From: the human T2T-CHM13v2.0 reference genome, Homo sapiens
Length of the DNA: 64,000 nt
Strand: one strand, 5' to 3'
NCBI RefSeq assembly: GCF_009914755.1
Contig: NC_060926.1
Translations under genes and position numbers: made by a program
Shown: positions 26,800 through 42,005 of the stretch, piece by piece
How the letters are laid out: each line of letters starts with the position of its first letter
Position numbering within the stretch: position 1 is the stretch's first letter
The notes under the pieces: generated by a model
Told to the model about the DNA's origin: nothing
What the model saw: only the letters and a program-made list of their open reading frames with translations
The model's database searches: none

Positions 26800-27160
26800 G
26801 AAACTCTATTCTAAAGAATAATTTTCAAAATCAGAAGGAGAATTGACTAATAATGGTTCACAAGGCAATGAAGATTATAATAGCAAAACAACCAGGAAAA
26901 GCATGAGTAGCAGGAGAAACATAGATATCTAACAGTAGGGGTATAGCTAAATTGATTATGGTATGTACACATGAGACAATATTCTGTATAAAAAGGATAT
27001 TATATAGAATTTATAATGTCATAGGAAAAATATTTTGAGTGAATGTTAAATTTAAAAGGACATAAAATTATCCGTGGAACACAATCTTAATACAAAAATA
27101 AAATGTCTACAAAAAAGATTGGGAGAAATACATCAGATCATTAAAATTAGATATGCATAT
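26800..27160 (+). mobile_element. Old L1 (L1ME-like), right part
   Basis: ATAATAGCAAAA, TATCTAACAGTAGGGG, TAAATTGATTATGGTATGTACAC continue the 23250-23375 segment. Confidence 0.6.
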
Positions 27161-27529
27161 ATAATACCTTCAGAATCCAAAGGTCATTATGGAGACACAA
27201 AGCATCATTATGCCATGGGCTGGGTCCTTGGAATGAGGAGTGTTATATGCAGTCTACCCTCCTGCCTACAATCTCCCTCATTCAAAGTGACTGGGAAAGC
27301 CGAAGAGAATATTATATACCTTTGAACACTGAAGCAGAGGCACAAGGATACCCCTAGGCACTACCAAAAAGTCTTGTTTTGTGAAGAGAGCTCCTTCCCT
27401 TTCCCCCTTCTTTTCTTCTCTTTTTTCCTTTCTCCTTTCCTTTGGATCTTCCTTCCTAGAGCACTTCCCCTGCAATCAGAGGAAATTAGAAAGTCCCCAA
27501 AGATCAAAAAGTCAAAATAATTAACAGAT

Positions 27530-27670
27530 TCGTTAATTCATTCAACAAATACTTAGGAAGTCTCCAGCATTGTCCCATTGTGGAAAAAAACAGAATTGAA
27601 GTTCCTACCCTCAGGAAGAGTATGGGCTTGCGGGGAACACATGCTCCATGGAGATGAGTTGACTACTCCT
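27530..27670 (-). mobile_element. L2 3' end
   Basis: ATTCATTCAACAAATACTTA. Confidence 0.65.
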
Positions 27671-27676
27671 GTGATG

Positions 27677-27839
27677 AGTGCCTCTTGAGCAGTGTGGTCC
27701 CTGGATCAAAGGCACCAGCATCCCTTGGAGACTTGGTGCAAATTCTTGGCCCACTTCAAAGCTGCTGAGTTAGGAATTCTGAGGGTGGGTCCAGCAAACT
27801 GGGTTTTAACCAGCTTCCAGGTGATTCTGAGAACCACTG
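27677..27839 (+). mobile_element. MER5A (internally deleted)
   Basis: AGTGTGGTCCCTGGA...CCAGGTGATTCTGAGAACCACTG. Confidence 0.85.
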
Positions 27840-27846
27840 CTAAGAA

Positions 27847-28182
27847 AAGAGGTTAACAAACTTTCAGGAAAGGGTCAGATTGTAAATATATTTCAGGCTT
27901 TTCAGATGGTATGGCTTCCGTCACAAGTACTCAACTCTGCAATTATAGTGCAAAGCTGCCATAAATAACATGTAAGCAAATGGATGTAGGTGTGTTCTCA
28001 GAAAACATTACTTATGGACACTGAAATTTGAATTCCGTATAATTTTTATGTGCTGTAAAATATTATTCTTCCTTTGCTTTTTCCCAACCATTACAAAATA
28101 TTAAAATCATTCTTAGCTCTCTACACCAACAAAAATACGTGGCAGGGCAGATTGGCCGGCTGGCTGTAGTTTTCAGCCGCTG
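27847..28182. mobile_element. MER58B
   Basis: AAAGGGTCAGATTGTAAATAT, TACTCAACTCTGC, TATGGACACTGAAATTTGAATT; ~336 bp. Confidence 0.9.
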
Positions 28183-28186
28183 TGTT

Positions 28187-28640
28187 GGGCAGCTCTGATC
28201 ATTAAGACAAGTCCTCCTATATTAAGCTGATATCTTCACCATGTAATTTACTCCCATCAGCCTTCTGGGGCTACACAGGGTGCCTGCCTTATTTTTCACA
28301 TGATTGGTTTTCTTTAAAAGTCCTTAAGCTTTTTGAAGGAACCAATTATATTTTCTAAGTGGTCTTTTCTCTGGGATAAACACTCTCACTTCTTTATTTT
28401 CACCGTGGTGCATGTCCTCACAGGACAGCTTGCCTCCAATCCTAGTCATTCCTCTCAACAACCCCGGGTGGTTATTGTTCCTCTCCAAGCTCAGGGAAAC
28501 AGAATGTGACAGAACAAGCAGGACAGAGCATCACCTCCCTCATTCTAGATGCTATGCCTCCACTGATGCTGCCTGACAAGTACCGGCTATCTTGAGGGAG
28601 CACATCATGCATCACCTAGAAACTCTAAACTTTTCTACAT
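28187..28640 (-). mobile_element. L3/CR1 3' region
   Basis: Antisense L3-like text: CTTTTCTCTGGGATAAACA, ATCACCTCCCTCATTCTAGATGCTATGCCTC, TGATGCTGCCT. Confidence 0.65.
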
Positions 28641-28869
28641 ATATCACTGCTTGTAAATTAGCCTGCACGTGGGCACCAACCCTTTCCATCGCAGCTACCT
28701 CTGCGTGACAGACACAGGAAACTGCTTGCTAGCAGCACCCCAGGAAGCCTATGTGTTTCCAACTGGCAAGGCCAGGCACCTTTGTCCCTCACAGGTGACC
28801 TCTCCCCGTTCCTGAAACCCTCTTCTCTCCTGGCTTCCCCATCAGCACCTCAGCACCTCCAGTTTGGGC

Positions 28870-30230
28870 TTTCTTCCATCTCATTTGCTTTCGTTTTCTA
28901 GCTCCTTCTTGGGCTCTTCCTACTTCCTCTGTAACTTTCCTCTGCCTCAGGGTTTGCAGCTGGGCGCTGTTCTCTCCTCTGCTCCACTGGCTTACTTGTC
29001 CTCTGTCACTGCACCCAGGACAGGCTATCGGCGTTGATGATTCCCGATCCAACGTGACTCTTCAGCTCAGGCTTTGCTGAGCTCCAGCCTCATCCATCTG
29101 ACTGCATGCTTTTGTCTCTACTTGGTTGTCTCACTGCCATCTCAAATTAGCATGTCAGTGGGATGATTGATTCAACACCCTCCCCCACCCAACCACTAAA
29201 TAAATGGAACCCTGACACCTACATCTGCGTGTTGGCCATTCCAGGATTATGAAAGTCATCTTTGAATCTCCTTTTCATCACCCCTTCTGCACACCTCATC
29301 CAATCTGGCAAGAAAGCTGCAGGTTTAGGCTCCAAATTATATCTTGGATCTGCACCTTTCCCCATTTTTAGTCCAAGCCTATATTATCTCTCACCGAAAC
29401 TTCTCCTGTAGCATCCTAGCAGGTGTCTCCTGCAACCTTCTAATCTATTCAACATGAGGCAATAGCAGCGATTACGCCACCAGCCTGCTTAACACCTTTC
29501 ATAGACCCCTCTCGGCCCCTAGAATAATTACAGGTGCCCTGCTGTGGTCCACCAGAGGCAGCATGAGCTGTTCCCTTTTCTCGTTACCCCGCATACATCT
29601 TGACCTTTTGTTTGTTTGCTTTTCAATTCCTAGGACACGCTGAGCTATTTCCCGCATCAGGGACATTGTTGATTTTGTTATTCCCTCTACACAGCCTGCT
29701 CTTTCTTCCCTTTCTGTGCATGTTTAGCAACTACTCATCCTTCAAGACTCAGACTAAATGTACTCACCTTCTCAAGGAGGCCTTCGCTAAGCATCTGGTC
29801 TAAAGAAACCCCTCCTCCATTATTCTCTGGCTGGTTTTTGTTTTCAAGGCACAGATCACAACTAGTATTTACTACTTTTTGGTTTGCTTTTTAAAATCTC
29901 TCTCCCTTACTAAAGTGTTGGTTCCATGAGGTCAGATAACAGGTTTATCATAATCGGCATTCTATTCCAGAGACTAGGGTCCTGACAGAAACATAATTGG
30001 TTCTCTATAATTATTTTATACAAAAATAAATTAGTATTTTCTGTTTTAATGTGATAGGAATTCTTTCAGGTCAGAAATTTTGGCTTGTTCATCTTTGTAT
30101 CTACAATACCTGGAAAACAACAAGGGCTTAGTAAATGTTAAATACCCAGGTGGACCAATGGATGGAAGAGTACAGGAATGAATGTAGCATATATAGATGA
30201 ATGAGTGAATAAGGAAATGAGTGGATGAAG
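28870..30230 (+). mobile_element. L2 (long remnant plus a second 3' end)
   Basis: CATCTCAAATTAGCATGTC, AACTACTCATCCTTCAAGACTCAG, TTGTTCATCTTTGTATC, GAAT-repeat tail. Confidence 0.7.
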
Positions 30231-31829
30231 GTAAGCAGCATATTCTGTTTCCTTCACTTAATTTATTTAAATTGGTCTCAACCTAAGTCTGAAAGTTTGG
30301 CAGAATTTCATGGCAGAAGTGCTGAAATCTTCTCTGCTTCATAGAACAAAAGCAGAAAGAGGGAGAGAGTTTGGAATGTTTGATCCCCAAGGTTACAAAA
30401 CCCAGACATTGCTTCTCTCTGAGCCTTGGTCATGTTTCAAATCTTGCTGACTTTGAGTCAAGGTTTCTGGGGGCAGTGCATGTGAGTTTGGGTGTGCATT
30501 AGGGAACTTGATAAGCAATGGTATCAGCTCTTTCTAAACTTAAAATAACAAGCCTCTGTGGAAGCTTCACCCCAGCCCCCTTATAGGGTTGTTGAGTAGT
30601 TGGGTTTCTGAACACAGTAAACCAGGAAAGAGGTTTTCTTGAAATCAAAGTTCAAATACTCACCTGCCATCTCAGCACCTTTCCTGCTCTGCCACATGCT
30701 CACCTGCTATCTTTGTGGAGGTGCATGCTCTCTGGTTTTCATATGATGGCATTGATGATCACAGATACAGTTTTTTGACCACTTCTGTTGTGCCAGGTAC
30801 TTTATGTATGCTACATATTTAAAACAAAGAAACAAACAAAACGATATAAAGCAACCCTTCCTGCCCCCATATCTTGCAGAGTGTTGGAGACTCTTCCTCC
30901 CTATTCTCAGTGCTCTCCTGCCTGACACTCCCCCAGGCTCCCCTTATCCTTGGCCACAGATTCTCAAGGTCTCCACTTGGCTAGACAAAAGGCTTCAAGT
31001 CATAAGCAACAAAGAGGCAGAAAGTGGAGGCAGAAATCAAGGTATTCTGCATAAAGATGTGATTTGGAGGAGTGGAGAGGAGAAGAAAAGAGCCAACCCA
31101 TTAAGCACAAACTTTGCTGTAGTTAGAGTGAGGTCTTTCTGTTGACTTCCTGGATTTTGATGATTATATTTTTATTTTCAGGGTAGGTAATATTGCCTCC
31201 ATTTTCAGAGGAAAAAACTAAGTGACTAAGTAGGAGAGCAGGGACTCTAGTTCAGGCCACAAATTCTAAACATGGAATTATTTACTTTTCACCATGCTAC
31301 TTCCTTACCCCAAATAGGAAACAGAATCATATTTGATTCTGATAATATTAGAATCCTTCCAGGACCCCAGTCCTAGTGGTAGGGGTTGAAGAACAGAGGG
31401 GGCAGATTTCAACCATTTCTATGAGCAGGAAAGGAATTGTCAGCAAGATAGATAGCAGAGTTAATGTTAAAAACATGGCAGTTATTCAGAGGAAGCCAGG
31501 AAAAATTTGGAGCTATCTACATCCCTAATGATCTGATTTTGACTTTTTGGGTTCTTAAAAAAACTCTCTCACCCTTCTTCCTCTTGTCCTTCTGATGAAC
31601 ACCAATAGCATTGGGACTGAAAGGCCAAACAAAGGAAGAAAAATCAATGGTTCTTCCAAGATATAAAACTCTCAGAGTTGATGGTCCCCAAACATCAGAT
31701 GTGAGGTGTGTCTCTGAGAATGGGCTTATACAGATGCCACGAAGAAAGATGCTGAAACTCCAGACCATTACTATAGGTAGTCATGTATCCATCCATCCAT
31801 TTATCTATCTATCTACTCAAAATTTATTT

Positions 31830-32410
31830 ATTCTTCCTTTCAAAGGAAGATTTACTGAATGTCTACTGTGGTCTAGATATGGTGCAATGTAAAAATATCA
31901 AATATAAAATGAGTAAGACTCTTGGAGTCTATGGTCAGCAAGGAAGAAAGGAATCAAATGGTTTATCACAAAACAATGAAAGAGGTGTTGGAATTGAAGC
32001 TATATAAAGGATTGTGTGAACATATTGGAAGGAACAAATTTTCTTATGGATAGGTTTGACAGTTTTCACAAAGGAGAGAACATTTGATTTTGGTCTTTAA
32101 GGATGAGTAAGTGTTTGTTAGGCAGATACATTTGCAAAGGGTATGTATGCCTTGCAATGAATAAAGAACACAGGCAAAAAAGCACAGAGTAATAATGGGC
32201 TTTAGTGGCTTGTGGCCAGATCAAAAATTGTGTGTGTGTGTCTGTGTATGTGTTAAGGGAGTGGGTGAAGAGTTGGGTCTTGAGTCTTGGGTGGGGAGGG
32301 AAGAAAACTAGATTAGATTGTTGGAACCAGGTTATGAATGGTCATACATAATAAATGCCAAGCCAAAAAATTTACATGGGATCCTGTAGACAATGGAGAG
32401 ACACTGAAGT
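31830..32410 (-). mobile_element. L2 remnant
   Basis: ATTTACTGAATGTCTACTGTG, TCCTGTAGACAATGGAGAGACACTGAAG. Confidence 0.6.
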
Positions 32411-32809
32411 TCTGCTCAGATGCCAGTCTGTACATCGGCATCGTTTAATAAGCTCACTAGTTATGATTATGGTTTCTCTGGAGCTTGTTCTTTAAATTTG
32501 CCAGCTTGTGTGATCAATGCATATTAGTGAAAATAGAGCAGAGATTGTATTTTGGAAGTATGAACCTTTTATAAATTACATAGACAACATCTTGCCAATA
32601 AATACAAGCAATTTATCAGAATTGATTATCCCACCCCAATTCCATCAAAATACCCTGATTAGTCGCAGGGACAATTGAACTTATTATCTCCTGTGACACA
32701 AATCAGAGACCAGTTTCACTCTTGGGACATACTGACTGAATTTAGTCATTTGGGCTCCAGAGACTATAGTATACTGAAGACTTATAAATATACCTTTGTA
32801 TATTTTATT

Positions 32810-32965
32810 ATGATGTAATCCTGATATCCTATGATAGATACCAGGTGTTTTTATCTTCATTATTCGTGGGAAGAAAAGTTTAGGTTTAGGGATATAAAGT
32901 GACTGGTTTGAAGCCACACAGGTCAAAAGTGGTAAGTCTGAGATTTAAGTTCAGGTCTGTTTGCT
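32810..32965 (-). mobile_element. MIR
   Basis: AAGTGACTGG...CACACAG...GAGATTTAAGTTCAGGTCTG. Confidence 0.55.
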
Positions 32966-33219
32966 TTCTTATCTGGTGTGGGGATGAGATAGAGAAGTCT
33001 TCTTACCCCATTCTTATGAAAAGGAGTTCACATTGATTTGTGACATTTTCTGGATTCAAGACTCCATTTACTGCATTTTATTGAGCATCTTCTATAAGCT
33101 GGCTACTTCTCTAAATCTGGAAAGACAAGACTGTTGCCATAATGGAGCATATATTCCGATGTGTCTGACAGATAATAGAAGAATGAACCAATGTAACTAA
33201 AGAAAATAAATTAGGGTCT

Positions 33220-33522
<303 letters not shown>

Positions 33523-33626
33523 AGAAAATAAATTAGGGTCAAGGTAATGGAGAGTGACTGGGGGAAGGACAGTAGAGGATGGAGTGGAATGTAGATACTG
33601 GGTCAAGAGACAAAAACCATTAAAAA

Positions 33627-34345
33627 ATTTTTGCATTGTGGTAAAATATACATAACATAAAATATATCATCCTAGCCATTTCTTAGTGTACAATTCAATA
33701 GTGTTAAATACATTCACATTGTATTGCAACCAATCTCCAGAACTCTTTTCATCTTGCAAAGCTGAAACTCTGTACCCATTAAACAACAATTCCCCATTTT
33801 CACCTTCCTCTGGCCCCTGACAATCCCCATTCCACTTGCTGTGTTTATGGATTTGACTATTCTATGTACCTCATATAACTAGAATAATATAGTATTTGGC
33901 CCTTTGGCTGATTTCACTTAGTATGATATTTTAAACGACCTAAGTTGTAGCATATATCAGAATTTACTCCTTTTTAAAGGCTAAATAATATTTCATTATG
34001 TGTATATCTCACCTTTTGTTATTCATTCACCATTGATAGACATTTGGGTTATTTTTATCTTTTGGTTATTGTGCATAATGCTGCTATGAACATGGGTGTA
34101 CAAATATCTCTTTGAGATACTACTGTCAATTATTTTGGGTGTGTTGCTGCAAACAGAATTGCCGGATCATATGGTAATTCTATTTTTAATATTTTGAGAA
34201 ATTGACATACTGTTTTTCATAGTGGTTGCACCATTGTACATTTACACCAAGAGTGCACAAGAATTTGTTTTTACACCCTTACCAACACTTGTTAATTTCT
34301 TTTTTTTTTTTTAAAGGAGCCATTCTAATTGGTCTTAGGTGGTAC
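33627..34345 (-). mobile_element. L1MB-type 3' end
   Basis: TTGTGGTAAAATATACATAACATAAAA, CTCCAGAACTCTTTTCATCTTGCAAAGCTGAAACTCTGTACCCATTAAACA. Confidence 0.88.
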
Positions 34346-34699
34346 AAAAAAAGTATTTTTTAAAGTTATTTTTTGACCCCGAAACCAGAGCATAACAAAA
34401 AGCTACATCCTGTTAAAGACTTTCTCAATCCTCAATCAAAATGATTTATAATGGGTTAAATGATTTATGATGATTTATGATGGGCTAAATCAGCCCTGAT
34501 TTATGATGAGCTCAATCAGTAGCTTATGGACAGAGTCCATCCCAGGTCTGGAAAGCTGAGGGTTTTTTCTTGAGGAAAGTCTTGCTTCTGTTTAAAGCTT
34601 CTGCATAGTTGATTGCTCAGCACTGCTCAGCACCTGCGCCATCCTTTTCATAAGAAGCACCATTTTTCCTTGGAGCCTTGAGTTGAAGAGGTAGTTAGG

Positions 34700-37163
<2,464 letters not shown>

Positions 37164-37639
37164 TGAAGTAGAGAGGTAGGTATGAGGGTGGGGGAGATAA
37201 GTGGGTGCAGACAAGGAGGTGATCCCACTGCACCACGGTGAGGGGCTAAGAGATCAGAGAGGGTCGAATTTACCACCCGGGTTCTGCCTGGGTGCCTGGT
37301 CAGCCTAGGGGTCAAGGGACTTAGGCATCTTTTAGAAGGGTCACTTTGTCCTAGATCTGACAGTTACCAACAGCAGAAAACAAAGGCTGTAGCTAATGGG
37401 AAGGAATCTTGGACTAGGAGAAAACAGATGGGGGCTCTTTTAAGCTTTTTGCCTGACGTTGAGTAATGATCCTCCCCTCTCTGTGCCTTGAAATTCAAAT
37501 CTCCAAAATGAGGAAGTTGACTTAGAGCCCAAGATGATCAGAAAAGTTCTCTGTAACCCTGATATTTGAAAAAAAAAAAAAAAATTAAGCCTTCCTATTT
37601 AAAAAATAATAAAATTACTTTTTCTTTCCTCGGTTCAGG

Positions 37640-38000
37640 CATATATTTTTCTAAGATGAGAGAATCAAACATCTTTCACATGAAGCCTCACGTGCTTCAG
37701 AATCTGGTCCAAGCTCCCTCCTGCTTTTCTCTGCCTTCCTTTGTACGTATTTGTACCCTGTGCTCCAGGGACCTAGGACATTGTACCATTTCCCAAACAC
37801 TCCAGGCTCTTTTTACCTTTCCTCAGGGTCTCTGTCTCAAAAACTCCAATTAGTCTTTGACTCCTGGCTCAGACACACACACACTCTCTCTCTGCGGCAT
37901 CTCCTGACTCACTTGGACAGTTAGTTGCTTCCTTCTCTGAGACTCCTTCAGTGCCCTTTTTGGAAGGTCACTACAGATCCAGCTCATTGTACTATAATGA
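37640..38000 (+). mobile_element. L2 remnant
   Basis: ACCCTGTGCTCCAG, TTCCCAAACACTCCAGGCTCT. Confidence 0.5.
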
Positions 38001-38639
38001 TTTATGTTTGGGTGGCTCCCTCTTGACCGCAGATTATGAATTTGGTTATTTTGTTTGTTGAGCTATTTATCCAGCCTCCATCTACATGCAGGGATTATAC
38101 CCAAGAAAATGGTAAAATACAAATAAGAAGTAAAATGCTGGGAGCAGAGAACGTGTAAATTATCACGTAGAGATGAAGCAGGGGAAAGTGGGTCATGGAT
38201 GTTCACTCATAAAGACCTCCTCAGTTGCTAAAGGTTGGGCATCTTGGAGGCTAAATCAGAAAAAAAACTGTGAATTACATGGTCCTCCCTATCCCCAAAG
38301 GAAAAACACAGAAGCTCACCAGCACAGCCAAGCTTTTTCTAGTTCTCTAATTTAAAATAAGTATTTTGCTGTGTGATGTCACAGTGGGGACACAAAAAGA
38401 TGTGACTCAAGGCCTGGGTGGCATCCCTAGAGCAAGGGCAGGAGCTGATCTCACAAGGCTGTTGGGTCTCTCTGTGAAAGCTGAAGGCAGGACATCAAAG
38501 AGACCCAGTCCAGCCATTCTGGGAATTACGGTGTGGTGCTGGGAAACTCCACTGCACTTGTGGTTATTGTTGCCCCTGTTCTACTGCTGAGGCTGGAGAG
38601 GTTGAGTGATGTGTACGTGGTCTTGCAGATGGCAAGAGA

Positions 38640-40260
38640 CATCCATTCAGCAGACAAGTTTTGAGTGCCTTGGATGTGCCAGGCACTTTCTTGCACAGGG
38701 AAGACAACAGTGAAGAAAGCAAATTTCTTACCCTTATGGTTCTTTCATTGTGTTGGTAAGAGACAGATAAACAAGCAGACTAATAATGACTACACTTTAT
38801 ATTAACTAGTGATGCACACCATGGTGGATATACCACGTAAGGAAGGGGCGTCTTACTGACACCAGGCTATGGGGGAGGGCTCTGCTTTTCTAACAGAGAC
38901 CAGAGGGAAGTAAGGGAGCGAGCCATGGGTATCTGAGAAAAGCTCTTCTGGGTAGAGAGAATGCATTGCAAAGTCTCGGAGGTGGGGACACGCTGGGGTT
39001 GTCAAGATGCATCAAGGAGGACAATGTCGCTAGGGCAGACGCATGAGAGGGAGCGTGGAGGGAGACACAGCCAGAAGGAGAGTGTGTGGCAGCTCACGCA
39101 AGGCCCTGTGGGCCATGACATGGAATTTAGATTTTACTGAAAATGACATGAAATAACACTGGGAGATTAAGAACAGAAAATGAATGTGATCTGACTTATG
39201 TAGTCTACATATTAGTTTCCTTGGGCTGCCAAATCTTGGTGGCTTAAAGCAACAGAAATTTATTTTCTCACAGTTTTGGAGGCCAGAAGTCTGAAATTTA
39301 GGTGTCAGTAGGGCTGGGCTCCCTCCAGAGGCTCTAGGGGTGAATCCTTCCTTTGCCTCTTCCAATTGGTTGGGGCTCCAGGAATCTTTTGGCTTGTGGC
39401 TGCATAACTCCAATCTCTTCCTCCAGATTTACATCAGCTTCTCTTCTGTGTGTTTGTCTTCTTTTCTGTCTCTTCTAAAGACATTTGTCCTTGGATCTAG
39501 GGCCCACCCAGAAAATCTGGGATAATCTCATCTCAAGGTATTTTATTGAATTACATCCACAAAGACCTTTTTTTCCAAAGAAGGTCATGTTCACTAGGTC
39601 CAGGTATTAGAATGTGGCCATATTATCTTTGGGCAACCATTCAACCTGCTATACAAAGTGAAGCAATCACACTTTTTGTTTCAAATCACACTCTCTGTGA
39701 GAATCTGCGGGAGGGTTAGGGTGGAGGAGGAAGACCAGTTAAGAGGCTCATACAATCATCCAGTGAGAGATGCTGTGGCTTGGGCCAGGGTGGGGAAGCA
39801 GAGAAGCACATATTCCAAACATAGAGCCAAATGGAATAAAATTTGTGAGAGGAGAGGTGACAAAGATTGCTCCAAATATGGAAGGAAATTAACACTAAAA
39901 GAGATGAGGATAACTGTGGGAGGAACATGTTTGAGGCAGTGGGAGGCAATCTAGAATTTAGTTTTGGATACATACACCTATGTTTTCTATTAGACATCGA
40001 AGTGATGATGTTAAGTAAGTATTTGGCTATATCAGTCTGGAGTTCAGAAGAGAGGTTGGTGTTTCAGCTGTAAATCACTAAGTCATTGATGGGACAGGGA
40101 TGTTGGTGAAGCTCCCTAGGGATTGAGTGTAGATGGAAAATAAAAGGTCAGAAGATGGGGCCCTGGATTCTCTAGCATTGAGCAACCAGGAAGAACAATG
40201 AGAAATCAGCAAAGAGAGAGAAGGAGCAGCTAGTGGTTGTAGAATCAAGGGTTGGGATTT
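38640..40260 (-). mobile_element. L2 (L2a-like), split by MLT1C
   Basis: CATTCAGCAGACAAGTTTTGAGTGCC, GGAATTTAGATTTTACT, AGACCAGTTAAGAGGCT, AGTCTGGAGTTCAG. Confidence 0.75.
39208..39655 (-). mobile_element. MLT1C solo LTR
   Basis: TATTAGTTTCCTTGGGCTGCC, GGCTTAAAGCAACAGAAATTTATT, AAAGACCTTTTTTCCAAAGAAGGTCA, ACCATTCAACC. Confidence 0.9.
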
Positions 40261-41329
40261 GGATGGAAATCTGAACCCAACCTCCTTTTTAAACACCATA
40301 TTGTGAGGAAGCGCTGTAGATTATAAATCTGTGTCCCTTTGCAGGCTACCACAGGGCCTGGCACAAAGCAGGTGCCAGCCATCTGCCTGCTTTGTGGTGA
40401 GAAGGATCCCAGACAGGGCACCTGGTAGACTACAGCCTCTACATTAGGATCACCTAATGGGACCAGCTGGAGCAGGTGGACGGGGGCAGCAAAACAGGGA
40501 GGACCTTGGCTTTCCTCAAACAGCTGAAGCGAATCTCTGTCTCTGGTTGGCATTTCAGGAAGCCCTCAGCCACCCAAAGTGTTCTAGACAGAAAGGCTTA
40601 GAAAGAAAGCCAGTTAGACAGAGGGGGTGGCTCTCTGGTGCACAGAGTGGGAGCAACTGAAAGACAGAAAAGATGGGGAAGAAAGCGTAGAAGGTGTGTC
40701 CTCAGTGAAGAGAAGGCAGGACTTAGTGGAGGAGGCCTGGAGGGTAGGGAGCTGCCTCAGATGACATGGGGATGCTGGACTTCGGCTCAAGGTGAGGTTC
40801 TACACATCGTTGCACTTCAGTTTTCCCATCCATAAGTGGGATTGGGCCTGGCTGTCCTCATAATTTTGTGATGAGCATCAATTGAGAAAATGCAAGTGAA
40901 AGTACTGCATAAACAAAAAGCACCGTGGCCAGAAAAGGGGTTCGTTTTGAAGGAAGAATCAACAGCAGCAGCTTGGAAAATGATAACCTGCAATTCCAAG
41001 AATGCTAGTGTTTACTGCATCGGTCTAATTTTGTACAAAAGACATATAGGAAACACCTGATCTGTGTCAAGCTCTGTGTCCAGCTTTGGAGGAATGAAGA
41101 ACTAGACAAGATTCTGACTCTCCAGTGCTCCTGGTGGAAGCGTGATGGTGGGTAGGTGAAGCCCATTCAGCTCACACATTGTGAGCGTCTTTTGTCCTCC
41201 TGATATCATGGAGTGCTTCCCATGTCAGCCATTACACTGTGGTAGCCTCTAAGATAGAACAGTGAATAACAGTGCTATCTCAGGCTGAGGGAGAATGTCT
41301 TTGGAGCTGAAGGAACTGAGTTCTGGAAG

Positions 41330-41477
41330 ACTGGCACCTTGGACATTACGTTGGAGTTTATAAAAATGCAAAATCTTTAGGTCCTTCCTGGGCTGACTGT
41401 GTCAGAATCTGTAATCTAGCACAATCTCCAGGTGACTCGTGTTAAAATTGACTGCACATTAAAATTGCAGAAGCAGA
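41330..41477 (+). mobile_element. MER5A1-like
   Basis: AAATGCAAAATCT, TCAGAATCTG, CCAGGTGACTCG, TGCACATTAAAATT. Confidence 0.65.
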
Positions 41478-41479
41478 GA

Positions 41480-41665
41480 CGCTGTTGATATTCAGCCTGA
41501 ATAAGTCTTTATTTTGAGGGGATGTCCTGTGCATTGTTGAGTGTTTAGCAGCCTCCCTGGCCTCTACCCACTAGATGCCAGCAGCATCCCTTTCCCGCTT
41601 GTGAAAACAGACATCCTCCAGACGTCCCTTTGGAGGAAAAACCGCTCTACCATTGAGAACCTCTG
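41480..41665. mobile_element. MER20
   Basis: TGTCCTGTGCATTGT, TGTTTAGCAGCCTCCCTGGCCTCTACCCACTAGATGCCAG, TTGAGAACCTCTG. Confidence 0.9.
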
Positions 41666-41673
41666 GATTAGAG

Positions 41674-41852
41674 CAGGGCTGCTTAAAAACTGATCCCAGC
41701 CTGACAGCCTCAGCAGCGCCTGAGAACTTACAAGGAAGGTGGATTCTAAGGCTCCGTCCCAGAAGGATTGAAGCAGAAACTGTGGGTGAGTGGTCGAGCA
41801 GCTGAGCTTTAACAAGCACTGCAAAGTGATTGATAGACGAACACTAACGTAT
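41674..41852 (+). mobile_element. MER5A
   Basis: Degenerate match: TCAGCAGCGCCTGAGAACTT, CAGAAACTGTGGG, TTTAACAAGC. Confidence 0.65.
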
Positions 41853-41859
41853 GCTAGAG

Positions 41860-42005
41860 CAGTGGACTTGTCCCGGATGTACATTACAATCACCTGGGAA
41901 GCTTTCTGAGCTCTATCATCTCTGCTCCCCACCACAAACCAATTAAATCAGATCTCTGGTGGTAAGTGACACAGGCGATTTAAATGCAGAGCTTGGGCTG
42001 AACCA
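41860..42005. mobile_element. MER5B
   Basis: ACATTACAATCACCTGGGAAGCTTT, ACCAATTAAATCAGA. Confidence 0.65.

Noticed and set aside
29545-29565. CCACCAGAGGCAGC as a CTCF site
   Set aside because: Lacks the GGC core in register and lies within an L2 remnant
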